64,000 nucleotides of DNA from Fidelibacterota bacterium (GCA_965212055.1 OZ243041.1:32001-96000), one strand, 5' to 3'; shown: positions 32,365 to 42,570, counted from the first letter of the stretch. Notes: generated by a model from the sequence alone, not told the origin. Program-made: numbers and translations.

Positions 32365-35300
32365 ATGAGAAAACTACGTGTATTAATTGCACTGCTTGTT
32401 CTTCCTACGCTCATCTTTGCACAATCAACAACTGCGAAATTGGCAGGGGTTGTAACCGACGCTGATGGTAATGCATTAGTCGGAGCAAACGTTGTAGTAG
32501 AAGGAACAAACCTTGGTGCAGCTACCGATGAATTAGGTAGATATTATATTCTTGACGTTCCAGTAGGTAACTACACTATGCGTGCCGAGTATATCGGTTA
32601 TAGCACAGTTGTAGAATCTGGCATAAGAACATCAGTTGGGTTTACGACTACAACTGACTTTGCGCTAGATGTGGCTGCTGTTGCAGGTCAAGAAGTAACA
32701 GTAACAAGAGAACGACCATTAATCAATCCAAACGCTACAAACACAACTCGTATTGTTGATAAAGAGTTAATTGACGCGTTTGCTGTTAGAGGGGTATCCA
32801 ATATTGTGAACCTTCAAACAGGTGTTGTTAATGGGTACTTCCGTGGAAGTAGAAGCGGCGACAGTCGTTACTATGTTGACGGCGTACCGGTTAAGGACGT
32901 ATATGGTGGAGGAAACTTCATTAATGGTAATTCTCAAACCGCACTTCAGGAGGTTTCAGTACAAACTGGAGGTTTCTCTGCAGAATATGGTGGTGCCAAT
33001 GGTGGTATTGTTAACATTACTACTAAGACTGGTGGTACTCAGTGGAGATCTAAAGTAGAAGCAATTTCTTCTATGGGATCTGATGCAGGAACCGATCCTG
33101 ATGCATTATATTCAGACGGTTATCGTAATGTCAATTTTGACGTGGGTGGACCAATTGGTGAAAACGTAAAACTATACTTATCTGTTGAACAGCGTGAGTA
33201 CGGTGGAAGCGTTTCATGGGGTTCTTATCCACAAACAGATGCTACACCAATGACTGAAGTACCAGCTGATTACTATAGCGACGGTACTGACGGGTTAAGT
33301 TATAGCAACGATGCTAACGGTAACAAGATCTGGCACATTGAAGAAGTTATTAGAGACAACCAAACCGACCCTGCGCTATTAGCTGCAGGCGTTGCTGCTT
33401 ATGATACCACACATATCGTTTATAGTAACTATAGACGCATGTATGGTCAGCAACCACACGACAACACTGATCGTACTACCATTAATGGTAATATGACTAT
33501 GGATTTCGGTCCGTTGCGTATTAAGCTTGGTACTCAAGCATATGACTATTCAGGTAGAGGCTACAGTTTTGGTAGAACTCTAGGTGGATGGACAGATGCC
33601 GGTAGTTATAACGAATCAAATTTTGCAATGGGTTATGTAAATGCCCGCTATACCATTAGTCCTCTTTCTTATGTGAAAATTTCATTATCAAACCAAGACT
33701 ATGAAACCCTTTCTGGTAATGAAAACTATCTTCACGATATAGGAATGTATGGTAAGAGAACTAAAGCATTTGGTTCAACAAACTATTACTATCGTAGAGA
33801 CGGTTATGGTCCGATTTCTCCAGATGAGATTTTAGGAGCAACTGGGTATGGATCACAGTATACATACTACGGTAAAAGAAACACCACAACTAACACTGTA
33901 AGTTTTGACTATACTAACCAGCTTGGCTACAATGAGTTCAAGATGGGTGGTTCTATAGACAATACAGAAATTACACGATATAGTCTTAGTGCTGCTGGCG
34001 TAGCTAGAGCAATAGCTGACGTTGATGCAAACTATGATGGTGTTGCTACGAACGAAGAAATTATTGCTGCAGGAAGCGATCCTGCTGACTGGAGATTTAT
34101 TAACTATAGATCTTTATACGTAACAAATCTCGGTTATAATATTTATGGTGACGAATGGAACGGAACATATAATCAAGACGATCATATGCTTGCTCCAGCG
34201 GAACCAATTCAAACGCGTTTCTATGTTCAAGACAAACTTGAATTCAAAGATGTGGTTTTACAAATGGGTCTTTCCTTTGAAACTATTGATACTGGCGCAA
34301 TGGCTCCAGATTCAGATGGTGACGGAGATGGAGATTCAGATGGATTTAACCACCTATTCTTTAATAGACAGCGTGTAGACAGAAACGGTGACGGTAACGG
34401 TAACTACGTTTGGAAAAAGGTAGCAAAAGAAACTGCTGTTCACCCTAGAATTGGATTCTCATTCCCTGTATCTGATCGTACTGTTTTCCGTGCGAATTAT
34501 GGTACACACTGGCAATCAGTTCCGATGTCTTATTTATACTTATCAGATTCACAGCTATCAGCTGATATCTTAGCTGGTAACGCTACTGCATCTGAGAATC
34601 CTGCATTAAAACCTGAACGTTCTACTCAGTACGAAATTGGTATTGAACAACGTATAGGTTCTTTTGCCTCATTAAAGGTCGAGGGATTCTATAAAGAAAG
34701 TAAAGATTACTTGACGCTACAAAATCGTTTAGACGCATATACATCAACTTCTGGCGCAGGCGCTGAAACCCAACAAAATTGGGCACAGTACTTGAACGGA
34801 GACGTGATGGTTTCTCAAGGGTTAACTATGAACTTTGAGATGCGTAGAACAAAAGGTTTGTATGCGCAAGCAAATTATACATACTCAGAAGCTAGAGGTA
34901 CCGGTTCTTATGGAGGTCAAAACTTCTATATTACTTGGATTGGTACTGATGACGGATATCCAAAAGCCATGAATCTTTTGGATTATGACCAAACTCACAC
35001 AGCAAATGTTATTCTTGACTGGCGTTCACCAGATGCTACTGGTGTATTAGCCAATACAGGATTTAATGCTGTAATGAGTTATGGTAGTGGTACACGTTAT
35101 ACCCCTTCTCAAATTTATAGTACATTATTTGAGAATCGTTGGGAATTCCCAGAGGGTCCAGTGAATTCAGGTACAAAACCTACATACGTTAATATGGATC
35201 TTCGTTTAGATAGAGGGTTTAATATTGGTGGTGTTGACGCAAACTTCTTTGTTGCGATTTACAACGCTATGGATGCAGAACATCCAAATGACGTATATCA

Positions 35301-35484
35301 TGGTACTGGAAACGTTGCCGAAGATGGCTGGTTAGCTACTGAAAGTGGGCAAGCATGGATTGCCAACAGATTAGCTGCTAACCCTGACGTAGACGCAGAG
35401 TCACTTTATTATGATCTTCTTGGTTCGCCAGGTAGATGGGGTGCTCCACGTACTATTAGAGTCGGGTTAAACGTAAGTTTTTAA
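32365..35484 (+). CDS. TonB-dependent receptor with N-terminal carboxypeptidase-regulatory-like domain
   Basis: Signal peptide; GKLAG-like AKLAGVVTD...GANVVVEGT..GAATD..G.Y.I; plug YYVDG, TGGFSAEYG, GIVNITTKTG; NPALKPE; C-terminal PRTIRVGLNVSF (Phe). Confidence 0.93.
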   Translation: MRKLRVLIALLVLPTLIFAQSTTAKLAGVVTDADGNALVGANVVVEGTNLGAATDELGRYYILDVPVGNYTMRAEYIGYSTVVESGIRTSVGFTTTTDFALDVAAVAGQEVTVTRERPLINPNATNTTRIVDKELIDAFAVRGVSNIVNLQTGVVNGYFRGSRSGDSRYYVDGVPVKDVYGGGNFINGNSQTALQEVSVQTGGFSAEYGGANGGIVNITTKTGGTQWRSKVEAISSMGSDAGTDPDALYSDGYRNVNFDVGGPIGENVKLYLSVEQREYGGSVSWGSYPQTDATPMTEVPADYYSDGTDGLSYSNDANGNKIWHIEEVIRDNQTDPALLAAGVAAYDTTHIVYSNYRRMYGQQPHDNTDRTTINGNMTMDFGPLRIKLGTQAYDYSGRGYSFGRTLGGWTDAGSYNESNFAMGYVNARYTISPLSYVKISLSNQDYETLSGNENYLHDIGMYGKRTKAFGSTNYYYRRDGYGPISPDEILGATGYGSQYTYYGKRNTTTNTVSFDYTNQLGYNEFKMGGSIDNTEITRYSLSAAGVARAIADVDANYDGVATNEEIIAAGSDPADWRFINYRSLYVTNLGYNIYGDEWNGTYNQDDHMLAPAEPIQTRFYVQDKLEFKDVVLQMGLSFETIDTGAMAPDSDGDGDGDSDGFNHLFFNRQRVDRNGDGNGNYVWKKVAKETAVHPRIGFSFPVSDRTVFRANYGTHWQSVPMSYLYLSDSQLSADILAGNATASENPALKPERSTQYEIGIEQRIGSFASLKVEGFYKESKDYLTLQNRLDAYTSTSGAGAETQQNWAQYLNGDVMVSQGLTMNFEMRRTKGLYAQANYTYSEARGTGSYGGQNFYITWIGTDDGYPKAMNLLDYDQTHTANVILDWRSPDATGVLANTGFNAVMSYGSGTRYTPSQIYSTLFENRWEFPEGPVNSGTKPTYVNMDLRLDRGFNIGGVDANFFVAIYNAMDAEHPNDVYHGTGNVAEDGWLATESGQAWIANRLAANPDVDAESLYYDLLGSPGRWGAPRTIRVGLNVSF

Positions 35485-35511
35485 TTTAAATAATAAGGTA
35501 AAGAGGTAAAT

Positions 35512-38500
35512 ATGAAAGTGTTAAGGAATATTACCGTTTTCGGTTTGATGGCTTTGCTGATGGTGTCTTCTGTGGAAGCAAAAGACAAGGTCGCAAGTAG
35601 ATCAGGAGGTTCATCAAACTATGTTGATTCCAGCGGTACATTCGACGGAAACCAAATATATGCCGACGTTACTAATAACGGTCTTTTCTTGGATTACCAT
35701 ATTTCTGGTGATTCAGCGATGGAATGGCCTAAAGGTACCGGCGTACACTCTATCTTCCAATCAGCATTATGGTTGGGCGCTACAGTGAATGGTGAAACTC
35801 GAGTATCCATTGGAGATTATACACAAGATATGGGTCCAGGTCCATGGGGTGGTGATCCGCTATCAAGCGTACACCGAATCTATAAAATAGAAAAAGGCAT
35901 GTTAGCCTCCCCAGGAGACTTTGCTGACTTCCAAGAATGGCCAGTTGATTTTGGCGCACCTTGGGTGGACGTTGATGGTGATGGAGTTTATACTCCAATG
36001 CCAGGCGGTACTGACCATCCAGAGTTCGTTGGAGACCAGGTCCTTTGGTTTGTTAGTAATGATGGAGACCCAGCATATAAGTTAAATATGGGTACATCAC
36101 CACTGGACGTTGAAGTTCAAACTACTATGTTTGGTTTCGACAGACCAGACGTATTTGGTGACATGGTCTTCCTAAAACAACTTGTAATCAATCAAGGTTC
36201 TAATGATTTAACCGAAATGTACATGGGTCTATGGTCTGATCCTGATCTAGGGTACGCCGGTGATGACTTTGTTGGTTGTAACGTTCCTTTAGGGGTAGGC
36301 TATGTTTGGAATGATGGAGACGACTCTCAGTATACAACTTTGTCCGTTGGAACTCCTGCTGCAGGATATGACTTCTTCCAAGGGCCTATGGTTGATTGTG
36401 ATGCTGGCGAGGATTGTTCAGTTGGTGCTAAAATGTTTGGTACTAACCATCCAGGAAAGAAAAATCTTTCTATGTCATCTTTCGCATTCTACATCAATGG
36501 TGACCCAACATATACTGACCCTTCAGATGAAATTGAAGGATATTATTATATGCAAGGTTTAAGAAAAGATGGAAGTGTTTATCCAAACGCAATTGCTGGT
36601 GACGATTATAACCAGAAATTCTGTTTCTATGGCGACCCTGCGGTTGCGCATAGTACAGCCAATCCAGTTGATGGTAATTATACCCCATCAGCGGATAGAC
36701 GTTTCTTGATGAACGTAGGACCATTTACTATGGCTCCTGGCGATTCACAAGAAGTGGTGTTTGGTATCTTCCACGCTGCAGGTGGCGGTGCATTAGCTTC
36801 AGTAGCTTATTTAATGGAAGTTGACGCGTTGGCACAAACAGCATATGATATTGACTTTGCATTACCTGATTCCCCTCCTGCACCAAGTGTACAGGCAACT
36901 GCGTTAGCAGACCAAGTAATACTTGTTTGGGGTGCGGAACCAGAATCATACAACGTTACAAGTGAAGTAGATGTTGACGCTGCTGGTAACCCAACAAACT
37001 TCGTGTTTGAAGGATACAATGTATACCAAGCTGAAACAAACTCTGGTGCTGGTGATCGTAAGAGACTAGCAACATATGACCTTGTTAACGGTGTTACTGA
37101 AATTTATGATAACGTCTTTAATGCAGAATTGGGAGAAACTATCAATATTAGAACTCAATTTGGTTCTGATAGCGGTCTAGAACACTACCATTCTATCACT
37201 GGAGACGGATTGAATAATAATTCAAAACTTATTACCAACCGTGAGTATTATTTTGCAGTAACTGCATATGGATATAATGCTGACGGTATTCCAAAAACAC
37301 TAGAAAGTAGCGCTACTTATCTTTCTGTAAGACCTGAAGTACCAAATACGTACTCATCAGGTGAGAACACTGCTTCTGCTGGAGATATGTTTGTTGCAGA
37401 TCACACTGGCCCTTCTCAGGGTTCAGTGGATGTTGTAATTATTAATCCAGCCGATCTTACAGGAGATAGCTATACACTGTCAATGGATGACGCAATGCCA
37501 GACGGAACAGTAGCTGTGAACTGGACAATTACTAATGATAATACTGGTGATGTATTAGTTGCTAACAACCCTGTGGTTGGTGGTGTTAATACTGCTACTG
37601 GAGTTGTTGTTGGTCCAGGTGGAACTCCGGTTGTAGAAGGGTTCCAAGTGTTAGTGAACGGTCCACAAGAAGACTTGCTATCAGTAAGTGAGTGGGATCA
37701 TGGATGGAAAGAAAATGGTGTATTGAGAGACCCTGCGGTTTCTTATGTACCATGGGCAAGTTTAGGACGTACAGGCTATATTATTGAAAATAGAGCTGGT
37801 GTCCACTACGCTGCCCCTTATGCCCGTGATTTTGACCGATTCAATTATTGGGAATCTGATGATATAGAGCTAGACTTTAACACCCAAGCGCTCGCATGGG
37901 ATTATCTTTACGAGAACGTAAGTGGTTATGTAGAGTTTAGCGCATTCAGACACAATTTTGCTACTGGGCAAAAAGAACCACTATTTGCTGGATACTGGGA
38001 TCGTGATTTTAGTTACACCCACAATATTTCTGGCTACACTGGTGGTTATGCTTGGGCAGGACCGATTTACGGTGCGCCTGCTTGGGAACCAATTTACTGT
38101 TTTGTTTCCTCAACAGGTACTGCTGCTACATGGTATGATCCTGCTAATGATGCACAATATATTGCTGATAATGATTTAACTACTTCAGGCGGTATTGGAT
38201 GGGCATCAGGCGGTCATTCAAACACAACAACAAGTGGAGCAGCAATTACATATCCATATATGACAGCAACTTTATTCTGTGACTATCTAGGATCAGGCGT
38301 ATTACCAACCGAAGCAGGATTTGCTGCTTGGGGCGGTTTTACAACTGCTAGTTCTGTTGTATGGGAAATGAGCAAACCAAACTCATCTGCAGATACTTTT
38401 AACTTTACTACAGATGGACTAGGTGTTGTAGCCAATGCATATGACCCAGAACGTATTAAGGTATGGCCAAATCCATACTATGGGTACAATCCAGAAGAAC

Positions 38501-38766
38501 GTGATGCATTAGATCGTAGGGTGATGTTTACTCATCTACCTGAAGAAGGACCTTCGACTATTCGTATCTTTGCTTTAGATGGTACTTTAGTTAGAATTTT
38601 ACACCACAATGATGCCGGTAGTCAACACGCAACATGGGATATGAAGAACGACTTCGAACTTCCTGTTGCAAGTGGCATGTATGTGGCACACATAGAGACT
38701 AACTTCGGAGATAAAATCCTGAAGTTAGCTGTAATTCAACCAGAACAACGTCTCGACGTTTATTAA
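35512..38766 (+). CDS. Large acidic exported protein with Fn3-like region and T9SS type A-like C-terminal sorting domain
   Basis: Signal peptide; FEGYNVYQ and YYFAVTAY (Fn3-like); CTD IKVWPNPY...IRIFALDGTLVRIL...WDMKN...VASGMY...KILKLAVI. Confidence 0.8.
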   Translation: MKVLRNITVFGLMALLMVSSVEAKDKVASRSGGSSNYVDSSGTFDGNQIYADVTNNGLFLDYHISGDSAMEWPKGTGVHSIFQSALWLGATVNGETRVSIGDYTQDMGPGPWGGDPLSSVHRIYKIEKGMLASPGDFADFQEWPVDFGAPWVDVDGDGVYTPMPGGTDHPEFVGDQVLWFVSNDGDPAYKLNMGTSPLDVEVQTTMFGFDRPDVFGDMVFLKQLVINQGSNDLTEMYMGLWSDPDLGYAGDDFVGCNVPLGVGYVWNDGDDSQYTTLSVGTPAAGYDFFQGPMVDCDAGEDCSVGAKMFGTNHPGKKNLSMSSFAFYINGDPTYTDPSDEIEGYYYMQGLRKDGSVYPNAIAGDDYNQKFCFYGDPAVAHSTANPVDGNYTPSADRRFLMNVGPFTMAPGDSQEVVFGIFHAAGGGALASVAYLMEVDALAQTAYDIDFALPDSPPAPSVQATALADQVILVWGAEPESYNVTSEVDVDAAGNPTNFVFEGYNVYQAETNSGAGDRKRLATYDLVNGVTEIYDNVFNAELGETINIRTQFGSDSGLEHYHSITGDGLNNNSKLITNREYYFAVTAYGYNADGIPKTLESSATYLSVRPEVPNTYSSGENTASAGDMFVADHTGPSQGSVDVVIINPADLTGDSYTLSMDDAMPDGTVAVNWTITNDNTGDVLVANNPVVGGVNTATGVVVGPGGTPVVEGFQVLVNGPQEDLLSVSEWDHGWKENGVLRDPAVSYVPWASLGRTGYIIENRAGVHYAAPYARDFDRFNYWESDDIELDFNTQALAWDYLYENVSGYVEFSAFRHNFATGQKEPLFAGYWDRDFSYTHNISGYTGGYAWAGPIYGAPAWEPIYCFVSSTGTAATWYDPANDAQYIADNDLTTSGGIGWASGGHSNTTTSGAAITYPYMTATLFCDYLGSGVLPTEAGFAAWGGFTTASSVVWEMSKPNSSADTFNFTTDGLGVVANAYDPERIKVWPNPYYGYNPEERDALDRRVMFTHLPEEGPSTIRIFALDGTLVRILHHNDAGSQHATWDMKNDFELPVASGMYVAHIETNFGDKILKLAVIQPEQRLDVY

Positions 38767-38785
38767 GGAAAGGGAGTAGAAAAAA

Positions 38786-39835
38786 ATGAAAAATACATTT
38801 AAAATATTCCTTGGATGCGCAGTGTTGGCTTCGTCGCTAACTGCGGGCACAGTAAGATCGCAAGGTACTGCTGGTGCTGCTCAGCTGTTGATTCCGGTCG
38901 GGGCTGAAACGATTGCTCTTAGTGGAGCAAACGTAGCTACAGTGGCTGGCGTAGATGCGTTACATTCTAATGTAGCGGGTCTTGCACACCACGCCTCTGG
39001 TTTTCAAGGAACTGTTTCAACCATGACTTATATTGCTGACATTAATGTTACGCATGCTGGCATGGTTGTGAGTATGGGAGAATCTGGTACATTTGGAATG
39101 ACAATCAAAGCATTAGACTTTGGCGAAATTCCAAAAACCACTGCTATTGCACCTGAGGGTGACGGGCAGACTTTCTCCCCAAGCTTCTTCACTGCAACCG
39201 CAGGATTTGCGAGAGCATTTTCTGATCGTGTTAATGTTGGTGTTGCTGTAAAGGTTATTTCAGAAACAATTGAAGAAACCTCTGCAACAGGCGCCGCATT
39301 TGATGTGGGTGTTCAATATAAATTCCCAGATCTACCATTAACATTCGGTGTTGCAATGAAGAATGTTGGTAGCAGAATGCATTATGATGGTATTAATCTA
39401 GATCAGAACCTTCAACCTGAAGGCGCTGCTTCTGGAGCATCAAATGAAACATTCAGAGTAGTAGCAGATAATTTTGCACTTCCAACTAGTTTGGATATAT
39501 CCGCTAGCTATCAACTGCTTAACAATTTAGACGTGAGTGCTAATTTCACTAACCATTCTTACCAAACCAACACATTGGGCATTGGTGCTAGATATAGCAT
39601 GGGCTCAGCATGGGTTGGTGCAGGAACTGTCATGACTTTAGGTGATGACGAACAACCTGCAGATGTATCTGATGCAGATTGGGAAGAAATGAGTGGCACC
39701 CTTTGGGGAATGTCAGTAGGTGCGGGTGTAGTTGTACCTGTTGGTGATTACGATATGCATATTTCATATGCTATGAGATCAGCAAACGAATACTTTGATG
39801 ATCACAGTGTTATTCAGGTCTCTTTAGATTTTTAA
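38786..39835 (+). CDS. PorV/PorQ family (FadL-like) outer-membrane beta-barrel
   Basis: GTAGAAQLLIPVGA..IALSGA...ALHSNVAGL N-terminus typical of PorV family; AFDVGVQY, FGVAMKNVG, LPTSL; C-terminal Phe. Confidence 0.85.
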   Translation: MKNTFKIFLGCAVLASSLTAGTVRSQGTAGAAQLLIPVGAETIALSGANVATVAGVDALHSNVAGLAHHASGFQGTVSTMTYIADINVTHAGMVVSMGESGTFGMTIKALDFGEIPKTTAIAPEGDGQTFSPSFFTATAGFARAFSDRVNVGVAVKVISETIEETSATGAAFDVGVQYKFPDLPLTFGVAMKNVGSRMHYDGINLDQNLQPEGAASGASNETFRVVADNFALPTSLDISASYQLLNNLDVSANFTNHSYQTNTLGIGARYSMGSAWVGAGTVMTLGDDEQPADVSDADWEEMSGTLWGMSVGAGVVVPVGDYDMHISYAMRSANEYFDDHSVIQVSLDF

Positions 39836-39859
39836 ACAGTTCTAGTTTAAGATTCTAAG

Positions 39860-39887
39860 AAAAGGGGCTCGTAAAGAGCCCCTTTTT
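39860..39887. terminator. Bidirectional intrinsic terminator between the convergent PorV-family and M23 genes
   Basis: AAAAGGGGCTC-GTAAA-GAGCCCCTTTTT perfect hairpin with A and T tails. Confidence 0.9.
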
Positions 39888-40605
39888 ATTTATCAAACAA
39901 TAAATCAATATTGTCTTTTAATATTTCTGGTGGGATGTTTTGTCCTAAAAAATACTTTCCTGTCGCATTTTCAAAATGTATTTCCCAATGGAGGTGTGCT
40001 CCTCTATCGTTTCTTAGTGCTCCGCTTGAAGTTCCTGTATTGCCCGCCAATCCAATTACCTGCCCTTTGTTGACTTGGGTACCAGGGAGAACTCCTTCAG
40101 CAATAGCTGATAGGTGAGCATACACGCTAATCGTTCTAAAATTTGGAACAATGGTGTATCCATGATCAATAATAACAGACTTTCCAAGGAGTATATAATT
40201 ATAGATATCATCAGGGGTTTTTGATAATAACTGTGTTGTTTCTAAAAACGCCTTATATGTCTCAATATCAACATCGCTATGGGTTGGATTGCTACGTACC
40301 ACAATACCGCCAGAAACGGCCATAATGGGCGTATTTAGGGGCGTTGGGAAGTCAACACCTTCATGAATCCCTGCTCTATACTCTCGTAATGCATTTGGGA
40401 GCAAATTGGAGTATTCAGGGACAGAATAATTTTGAGATGGAAGCTGTATGGTTTGTAGTAAATCATTTGTGTGTAGATTGACATTTTCATCTATATAAAA
40501 TAAGAATCCATTTTTAGGAATACTAATTTCTGGTGCAATGGATGCTGTTGGTGCAGCACACGCATTTAAAACAATTATTATTGCTATATATAAACTGCTA
40601 CGCAC
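39886..40605 (-). CDS. M23 family metallopeptidase, probable lipoprotein
   Basis: HEGVDF (HxxxD), YAHLS, GQVIGLAGNTG, AHLHWEI (HxH); lipobox VLNAC. Confidence 0.9.
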   Translation of the reverse strand: MRSSLYIAIIIVLNACAAPTASIAPEISIPKNGFLFYIDENVNLHTNDLLQTIQLPSQNYSVPEYSNLLPNALREYRAGIHEGVDFPTPLNTPIMAVSGGIVVRSNPTHSDVDIETYKAFLETTQLLSKTPDDIYNYILLGKSVIIDHGYTIVPNFRTISVYAHLSAIAEGVLPGTQVNKGQVIGLAGNTGTSSGALRNDRGAHLHWEIHFENATGKYFLGQNIPPEILKDNIDLLFDK

Positions 40606-41143
40606 TATTAGTTACCACATATTCTATACCGTTATACATTATACTAATTTTAATGATAGTCTTTTTTTCTTTATTAGTCCAAACCTTTATTACTGAACTA
40701 TCCAAAAGAACTTTATTTAATATATCGAGATCTTTTGTGACAGTATTGTTTGATTTTTTTATATCCAATCTATATAAAACCATATCAATTGTATTAATTG
40801 TCTCTGTGTCTGCTTCTAAAAATCGTATTTCGCACAAAAGATCATCTAATAACTCTATATCTTTTTCCCATTTTGTATCCTGAATTTCTATTGGTTCTCC
40901 TGATAATAGCAAAAGTATAAGATTTTTTTCACCAAAATTATTTTTATCATATTTTAATGTTTCAAAGAACGTTTCTCCTGTACCGATGGGCGTAAAGAGT
41001 ATTTTTTCTTCAATAGTTATTTTACAGAAATTTATTTTTCCATACAAAGACACGTTATGCTCAGAACTGGTTTGTGAAAGAATGCTAGATTGGGCAAAAA
41101 AAGCAATTAACAGAGCAAATACTATATTTCTATATTTTTTCAA
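40598..41143 (-). CDS. Hypothetical exported protein
   Basis: 181-aa ORF filling the gap between mgtE and the M23 gene, signal-peptide-like N-terminus, TTG start. Confidence 0.6.
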   Translation of the reverse strand: MKKYRNIVFALLIAFFAQSSILSQTSSEHNVSLYGKINFCKITIEEKILFTPIGTGETFFETLKYDKNNFGEKNLILLLLSGEPIEIQDTKWEKDIELLDDLLCEIRFLEADTETINTIDMVLYRLDIKKSNNTVTKDLDILNKVLLDSSVIKVWTNKEKKTIIKISIMYNGIEYVVTNSA

Positions 41144-41146
41144 ATC

Positions 41147-42514
41147 TTAAAGCAATATTGAAGTTGCAATAATAAAGTAGAGGGCTACTCCTAAGATATC
41201 AATAGCAGTAGTCACAAAGGGACCAGTAGAAATTGCGGGATCAAAGCCTAGTTTTTTTAATAACAATGGAACGCTGGCACCCACTGCAGTTGCAATAACC
41301 ATTGAACACGCAATGCTTAAACCGATCACAAGCCCAAGATTTGCTACTTCATTTCCTGCAACAAATTCAGCAGTAAAACCAATTAATGTTCCATAGAGGG
41401 CGCCTAAAATTGTCCCCACAATAATTTCCTTTACTATTAAATGGACTGTATTGTTGACATCTACTCTTCCCGTAGCAAGTCCACGGACTACAATGGTAGA
41501 AGATTGAGTACCAATGTTGCCTCCCATGCCAATAATAACTGGAATAAATGCCGCTAACACTATTATATCTTTTAACAGGTCATCAAAAGACCCGATAATC
41601 GCTGCTGCACAAATTCCACCAACTAAGCTTGCAAGAATCCATGGAGCTCTTGATTGGGCATTCTCTAAAGGAGATTTTAGTAAAATTTCCCTATCTTTAC
41701 CAACCCCAGCCATTTGTAAAAAGTCTTCAGAGGCTTCTTGTCGAATAATATCTACAATATCATCAATAGTTACAATTCCAAGAAATTTGTTTTGTTTGTT
41801 TACAACCGGTAAAGCAAGATAGTTATACTGTGCTACAATTTTTGCTACTTCTTCTTGGTCTGTATCAGAAGTAACTGCATGAATGTCTTTAATCATAACC
41901 TCACGAAGCTTTTTTGTATTTTTAGAGGTCACTAAATTTCTTAAAGAAATAACCCCCACTAATTTTTCTTTATCATCTACCACATAAACATAAAATACCT
42001 TTTCATTTTCAGGATAGGACTGTAATTGTTCAATAGCATTTCCAATAGTTGTGTTTTGATTCAGTATCAATGTTTCTTTTGTCATGACACTTCCTGCGCT
42101 ATCATCGGCGTAGGACATAATTTCTTCTACGTCTTCTAAGTCTTCTTCTTCCAGTTTTTCTAAAATAGGAGCTTGCTGTTCTTCAGGAAGCATGCTAACA
42201 ATCATTGCTTGGTCATTTGTTCCTAAATATTGGAATGTTTTGGAAATATTTGCCACGCTTTCTTCTGATAATACATTTTCAATGAGAGACTCATCTAGTT
42301 CTTCTAAAATTTGTGCCTTATATGCAAATGTTGGAGACAACCTAAAAACAATTTTTTGATTTTCTGTACTAAATCCTCTCATCAAAAGCGCAATATCTGC
42401 TGGGTGAGTTTTACGGATAATTTTAGTTAGATTTGACCCAGCTTTTCTTCGTAAAAGCCTTTCTATTGTTGTTTTTAACAAAGAAATTTCTGTTGTAAAT
42501 ATTGCTTTTTTCAT
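41147..42514 (-). CDS. mgtE: Magnesium transporter MgtE
   Basis: HPADIA N-domain, two CBS domains (SAGSVM, ALPVV, GIVTIDD), GMGGNIGTQS, DPAISTGPFVTTAID. Confidence 0.96.
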   Translation of the reverse strand: MKKAIFTTEISLLKTTIERLLRRKAGSNLTKIIRKTHPADIALLMRGFSTENQKIVFRLSPTFAYKAQILEELDESLIENVLSEESVANISKTFQYLGTNDQAMIVSMLPEEQQAPILEKLEEEDLEDVEEIMSYADDSAGSVMTKETLILNQNTTIGNAIEQLQSYPENEKVFYVYVVDDKEKLVGVISLRNLVTSKNTKKLREVMIKDIHAVTSDTDQEEVAKIVAQYNYLALPVVNKQNKFLGIVTIDDIVDIIRQEASEDFLQMAGVGKDREILLKSPLENAQSRAPWILASLVGGICAAAIIGSFDDLLKDIIVLAAFIPVIIGMGGNIGTQSSTIVVRGLATGRVDVNNTVHLIVKEIIVGTILGALYGTLIGFTAEFVAGNEVANLGLVIGLSIACSMVIATAVGASVPLLLKKLGFDPAISTGPFVTTAIDILGVALYFIIATSILL

Positions 42515-42570
42515 TGTATTGAATTTTCAATAAATTAACTCTACTTTATAACAAATTAAAGATTAAGTAA

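Noticed and set aside
34309..34344. GATTCAGATGG micro-repeat as a tandem repeat or CRISPR-like element
   Set aside because: Only two copies, in frame, encoding DSDG; better explained as a protein motif
35512..38766. SusD call for the gene after the TBDR
   Set aside because: No lipobox Cys, far too long, beta-rich, and ends in a CTD-like domain
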